DNA of 8,031 nucleotides from a virus (Duplodnaviria; Heunggongvirae; Uroviricota; Caudoviricetes): IMG/VR virus record IMGVR_UViG_2526164690_000036; one strand, 5' to 3'. Shown piece by piece: positions 6,325 to 8,031 of this stretch (position 1 is its first letter; each line of letters starts with the position of its first letter). The notes under the pieces were generated by a model. It saw only the letters and a program-made list of their open reading frames with translations, ran no database searches and was not told where the DNA came from. The position numbers and the translations under genes were made by a program.

Positions 6325-7038
6325 ATGGTTGTTGTCTGTTCAGTTATCATGGTTTGCTCCCCAATTAATATTTTTCTTGAAAAGGATACGTTGTCACTTA
6401 AGCCCGGCTCAGTCGTTCTGGCCACCAAATGCATCAGGGCGCTTTTCCTTATGCATTATGGCAAAGTTAAAATTTTCGATATAAACCATTCCATAGTAAG
6501 TCAATATCTGGAAATTCAGCATAAGCTGACAAGAACTCATCTGACTGACGTTCCGCTTTATCTGTCACTGGAACCCAACAACCCTGCGTTGGCTGAGGCT
6601 TTAATTACCAGCCAGAGATTTTCCGGAGATACCACGGATATGTTTCTTATGATGGCATGCCTGTCGCTGTTTGAATCAGATGAACGGATATTATTATTTT
6701 TAAGTGGATGTTTATCCAGTATAAGTGCCAAAGTCAGGGCGATAATTCAGACAGATATATCAGCAAGCTGGACGCTTGGTGCGATTGCGTTACGCCTGCA
6801 TATGAGTGAGAGTTTGTTAAAGATAAAACTGAAAAATGAAGGGCACATGTTCAGTCGCTTGTTGCTGGAAGAGCGGATGCGTGTTGCTGTCAATATGTTA
6901 TGTTCCCGGCATGGATATGGACAGGCTGTAGCAGAAAAATGCGGTTATTCAAGCTGGTCCTACTTTATTTCTGTATTTCACCGCTATTATGGCTTCCCGC
7001 CAGACAGATATGTATCCAGGCAAGGGCTTGATTATTGA
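6325..7038 (+). CDS. AraC/XylS-family transcriptional regulator, AppY/EnvY-like (prophage-borne)
   Basis: C-terminal AraC helix-turn-helix (WTLGAIALRLHMSESLLKIKLKNEGHMFSRLLLEERMRVAVNML...VAEKCGYSSWSYFISVFHRYYGFPPDRY) aligns by eye with AppY ([25 protein letters not shown]...[28 protein letters not shown]). The gene is AT-rich. Alternative start at ATG 6349. Confidence 0.8.
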   Translation: MVVVCSVIMVCSPINIFLEKDTLSLKPGSVVLATKCIRALFLMHYGKVKIFDINHSIVSQYLEIQHKLTRTHLTDVPLYLSLEPNNPALAEALITSQRFSGDTTDMFLMMACLSLFESDERILLFLSGCLSSISAKVRAIIQTDISASWTLGAIALRLHMSESLLKIKLKNEGHMFSRLLLEERMRVAVNMLCSRHGYGQAVAEKCGYSSWSYFISVFHRYYGFPPDRYVSRQGLDY

Positions 7039-7056
7039 TTTTCATCTGATTATTAT
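7028..7056 (+). promoter_or_regulatory. Candidate promoter for the tRNA cluster (-35 TTGATT, 17-bp spacer, -10 TATTAT)
   Basis: Hexamers read from the sequence; the -10 element ends 10 nt before the first tRNA 5' end. Confidence 0.35.
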
Positions 7057-7066
7057 TTTTTGACCC

Positions 7067-7142
7067 GGCCCTTTAGCTCAGTGGTGAGAGCGAGCGACTC
7101 ATAATCGCCAGGTCGCTGGTTCAAATCCAGCAAGGGCCACCA
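7067..7142 (+). tRNA. ileZ: tRNA-Ile2 (anticodon CAU, lysidine type), ileX/ileZ-like
   Basis: Cloverleaf folded by hand: acceptor GGCCCTT/AAGGGCC, D-stem GCTC/GAGC, anticodon loop CTCATAA, T-loop TTCAAAT, encoded CCA. About 90% identical to E. coli ileX as recalled and unlike elongator tRNA-Met. Confidence 0.8.
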
Positions 7143-7149
7143 TCACATA

Positions 7150-7226
7150 CCGCCATTAGCTCATCAGGAAAGAGCGCCAGCTTTCGAAGCTGGTTGCGCG
7201 GAGTTCGGGTCCCCGAAGGCGGTCCA
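7150..7226 (+). tRNA. argN: tRNA-Arg-like (anticodon UCG inferred), non-canonical features, argN-like position
   Basis: Hand fold: acceptor CCGCCAT/AAGGCGG with one A.A mismatch, D-stem GCTC/GAGC, anticodon stem CCAGC/GCTGG with loop TTTCGAA, T-arm CGGAG-TTCGGGT-CCCCG with one mismatch and G at the usual A58, encoded CCA. Confidence 0.55.
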
Positions 7227-7239
7227 TTATCTGTATCCT

Positions 7240-7316
7240 GCGTTGTTAGCTCAGCCGGACAGAGCAATTGCCTTCTAAGCAATCGGTCACTGGTTCGAAT
7301 CCAGTACAACGCGCCA
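7240..7316 (+). tRNA. argO: tRNA-Arg (anticodon UCU, reads the rare AGA codon), argO/argU-like
   Basis: Hand fold: acceptor GCGTTGT/ACAACGC, D-arm TAGCTCAGCCGGACAGAGCA, anticodon loop CTTCTAA, T-loop TTCGAAT, discriminator G, encoded CCA. Resembles E. coli argU. Confidence 0.85.
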
Positions 7317-7330
7317 CACTTATTTTCCCT

Positions 7331-7356
7331 GGCTCGCTTTTGCGGGCCTTTTTTTT
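7331..7356 (+). terminator. Rho-independent terminator after the tRNA cluster
   Basis: Stem GGCTCGC (7331-7337), loop TTTT, stem GCGGGCC (7342-7348, one G.U pair), followed by T8 (7349-7356). Confidence 0.65.
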
Positions 7357-7552
7357 AAATGTCTCACAATTCAGGCGGTTGACTGTTGTCTGGTTTGCGG
7401 GGAGTTTGTTAAAAGAAACTGGCATGGTGAATCCCCCTGTGCGGAGGGGCAATCAGCGAGTAGGTATATGGGATAATCGCGGATTCAGGTGCTGGTACTG
7501 AATTCACCGGGAGGCACCCGGCACCATGCAATGGCACATAGCGCCACTCTCC

Positions 7553-7578
7553 AGCCCCTCTCCGGAGGGGCTTTCTTA
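7553..7578 (+). terminator. Hairpin with T-rich tail (terminator-like), plus strand
   Basis: 8-bp stem AGCCCCTC/GAGGGGCT with loop TCCG (7553-7572), followed by TTCTT. Confidence 0.35.
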
Positions 7579-7583
7579 TGGAC

Positions 7584-7612
7584 AAAAAAAGCCCGCGCAG
7601 GGAGACGCGGGC
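7584..7612 (-). terminator. Rho-independent terminator-like hairpin reading on the minus strand
   Basis: On the minus strand: stem GCCCGCG, loop TCTCCCTG, stem CGCGGGC, followed by T7 (seen as A7 at 7584-7590 on the plus strand). Confidence 0.4.
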
Positions 7613-7805
7613 GGCAAGGAATAAACAACAAAACGTGAAGTAATATTTCAGCTGGCGAATAATATCCGACAGTAATCACTCTGCGCAATAGCGCGGCCTT
7701 TTTCGTATTGCGGGCTGTTGTCTCTCTTCTGCCATTGTCCTGTAACTTCCGGACTTCAGCCCGCTCCTCATTTTACTCACAATATTATCCCGGCCGGGAG
7801 GATTC

Positions 7806-8031
7806 ATGGCATTTAAACACTATGATGTTGTCAGGGCGGCGTCGCCGTCAGACCTTGCGGAAAAGCTGACACACAAACTGAAAGAGGGCTGGCAGCCATA
7901 CGGCGGACCGGTTGCCATTACGCCGTACACACTGATGCAGGCGGTGGCTATTGAAGGAGATCCACAGGTCGGCCCTTCATCTAAGCCGGACTGGTTCTAC
8001 GTGGTTGTGCTTGCCGGACAGTCCAACGGCA
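7806..8031 (+). CDS. nanS-p-like prophage 9-O-acetylsialate esterase, N-terminal part (DUF1737 region running into the SASA GQSN motif); 3' end outside window
   Basis: ATG 7806 is preceded by a GGGAGGA ribosome-binding site. The frame stays open to the window end and translates MAFKHYDVVRAASPSDLAEKLTHKLKEGWQPYGGPVAITPYTLMQAVAIEGDPQVGPSSKPDWFYVVVLAGQSNG. GQSN is the SASA/SGNH esterase nucleophile motif. Absent from the ORF track because it has no stop within the window. Confidence 0.7.
   Translation, partial: MAFKHYDVVRAASPSDLAEKLTHKLKEGWQPYGGPVAITPYTLMQAVAIEGDPQVGPSSKPDWFYVVVLAGQSNG

Noticed and set aside
7067-7142. First tRNA as elongator tRNA-Met (anticodon CAT)
   Set aside because: The overall sequence is much closer to E. 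coli ileX (tRNA-Ile2, lysidine CAU) than to metT, and the gene sits in the ileZ position of Stx-phage tRNA clusters. A covariance-model check is still advisable.
7121-7688. ORFs 7121-7309 (-), 7246-7452 (-), 7268-7501 (+), 7485-7688 (-)
   Set aside because: They overlap the tRNA genes and the terminator hairpins; the sequence is better explained as structured RNA and intergenic DNA.
7317-7805. Shiga toxin (stxAB) or other toxin genes between the tRNA cluster and the esterase gene
   Set aside because: No ORF of suitable size in any frame in this interval; only hairpins and short spurious frames.
1-8031. CRISPR arrays, rRNA genes or integron attC sites
   Set aside because: No regularly spaced direct repeats, rRNA-like conserved stretches or attC-type imperfect inverted repeats were seen on reading the window.

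Overview
This window is a lambdoid (Qin / Stx-phage-like) prophage segment from an E. coli-like enterobacterial genome, disrupted by IS10. Left to right: the 3' part of an IS10 copy (1-422, + orientation); a hok/mok type I toxin locus; rem-like, ydfU-like (DUF968), RusA resolvase and Q antiterminator genes; an AT-rich CPBP/Abi-family membrane protease gene broken by two frameshifts; a complete IS10 (4504-5832, minus orientation) with a perfect 9-bp target duplication; a small winged-helix-like ORF and an AppY/EnvY-like AraC-family regulator; a tRNA-Ile/Arg/Arg cluster; about 490 bp of non-coding DNA with terminator hairpins; and the 5' end of a nanS-p-like esterase running off the window. No CRISPR array, rRNA or stx genes were seen. 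The best candidate for something undescribed is the frameshifted CPBP protease gene in the cargo slot just downstream of Q, but its function is inference only. All identifications rest on reading the translations and motifs by eye and on recalled family knowledge; no database search was run.
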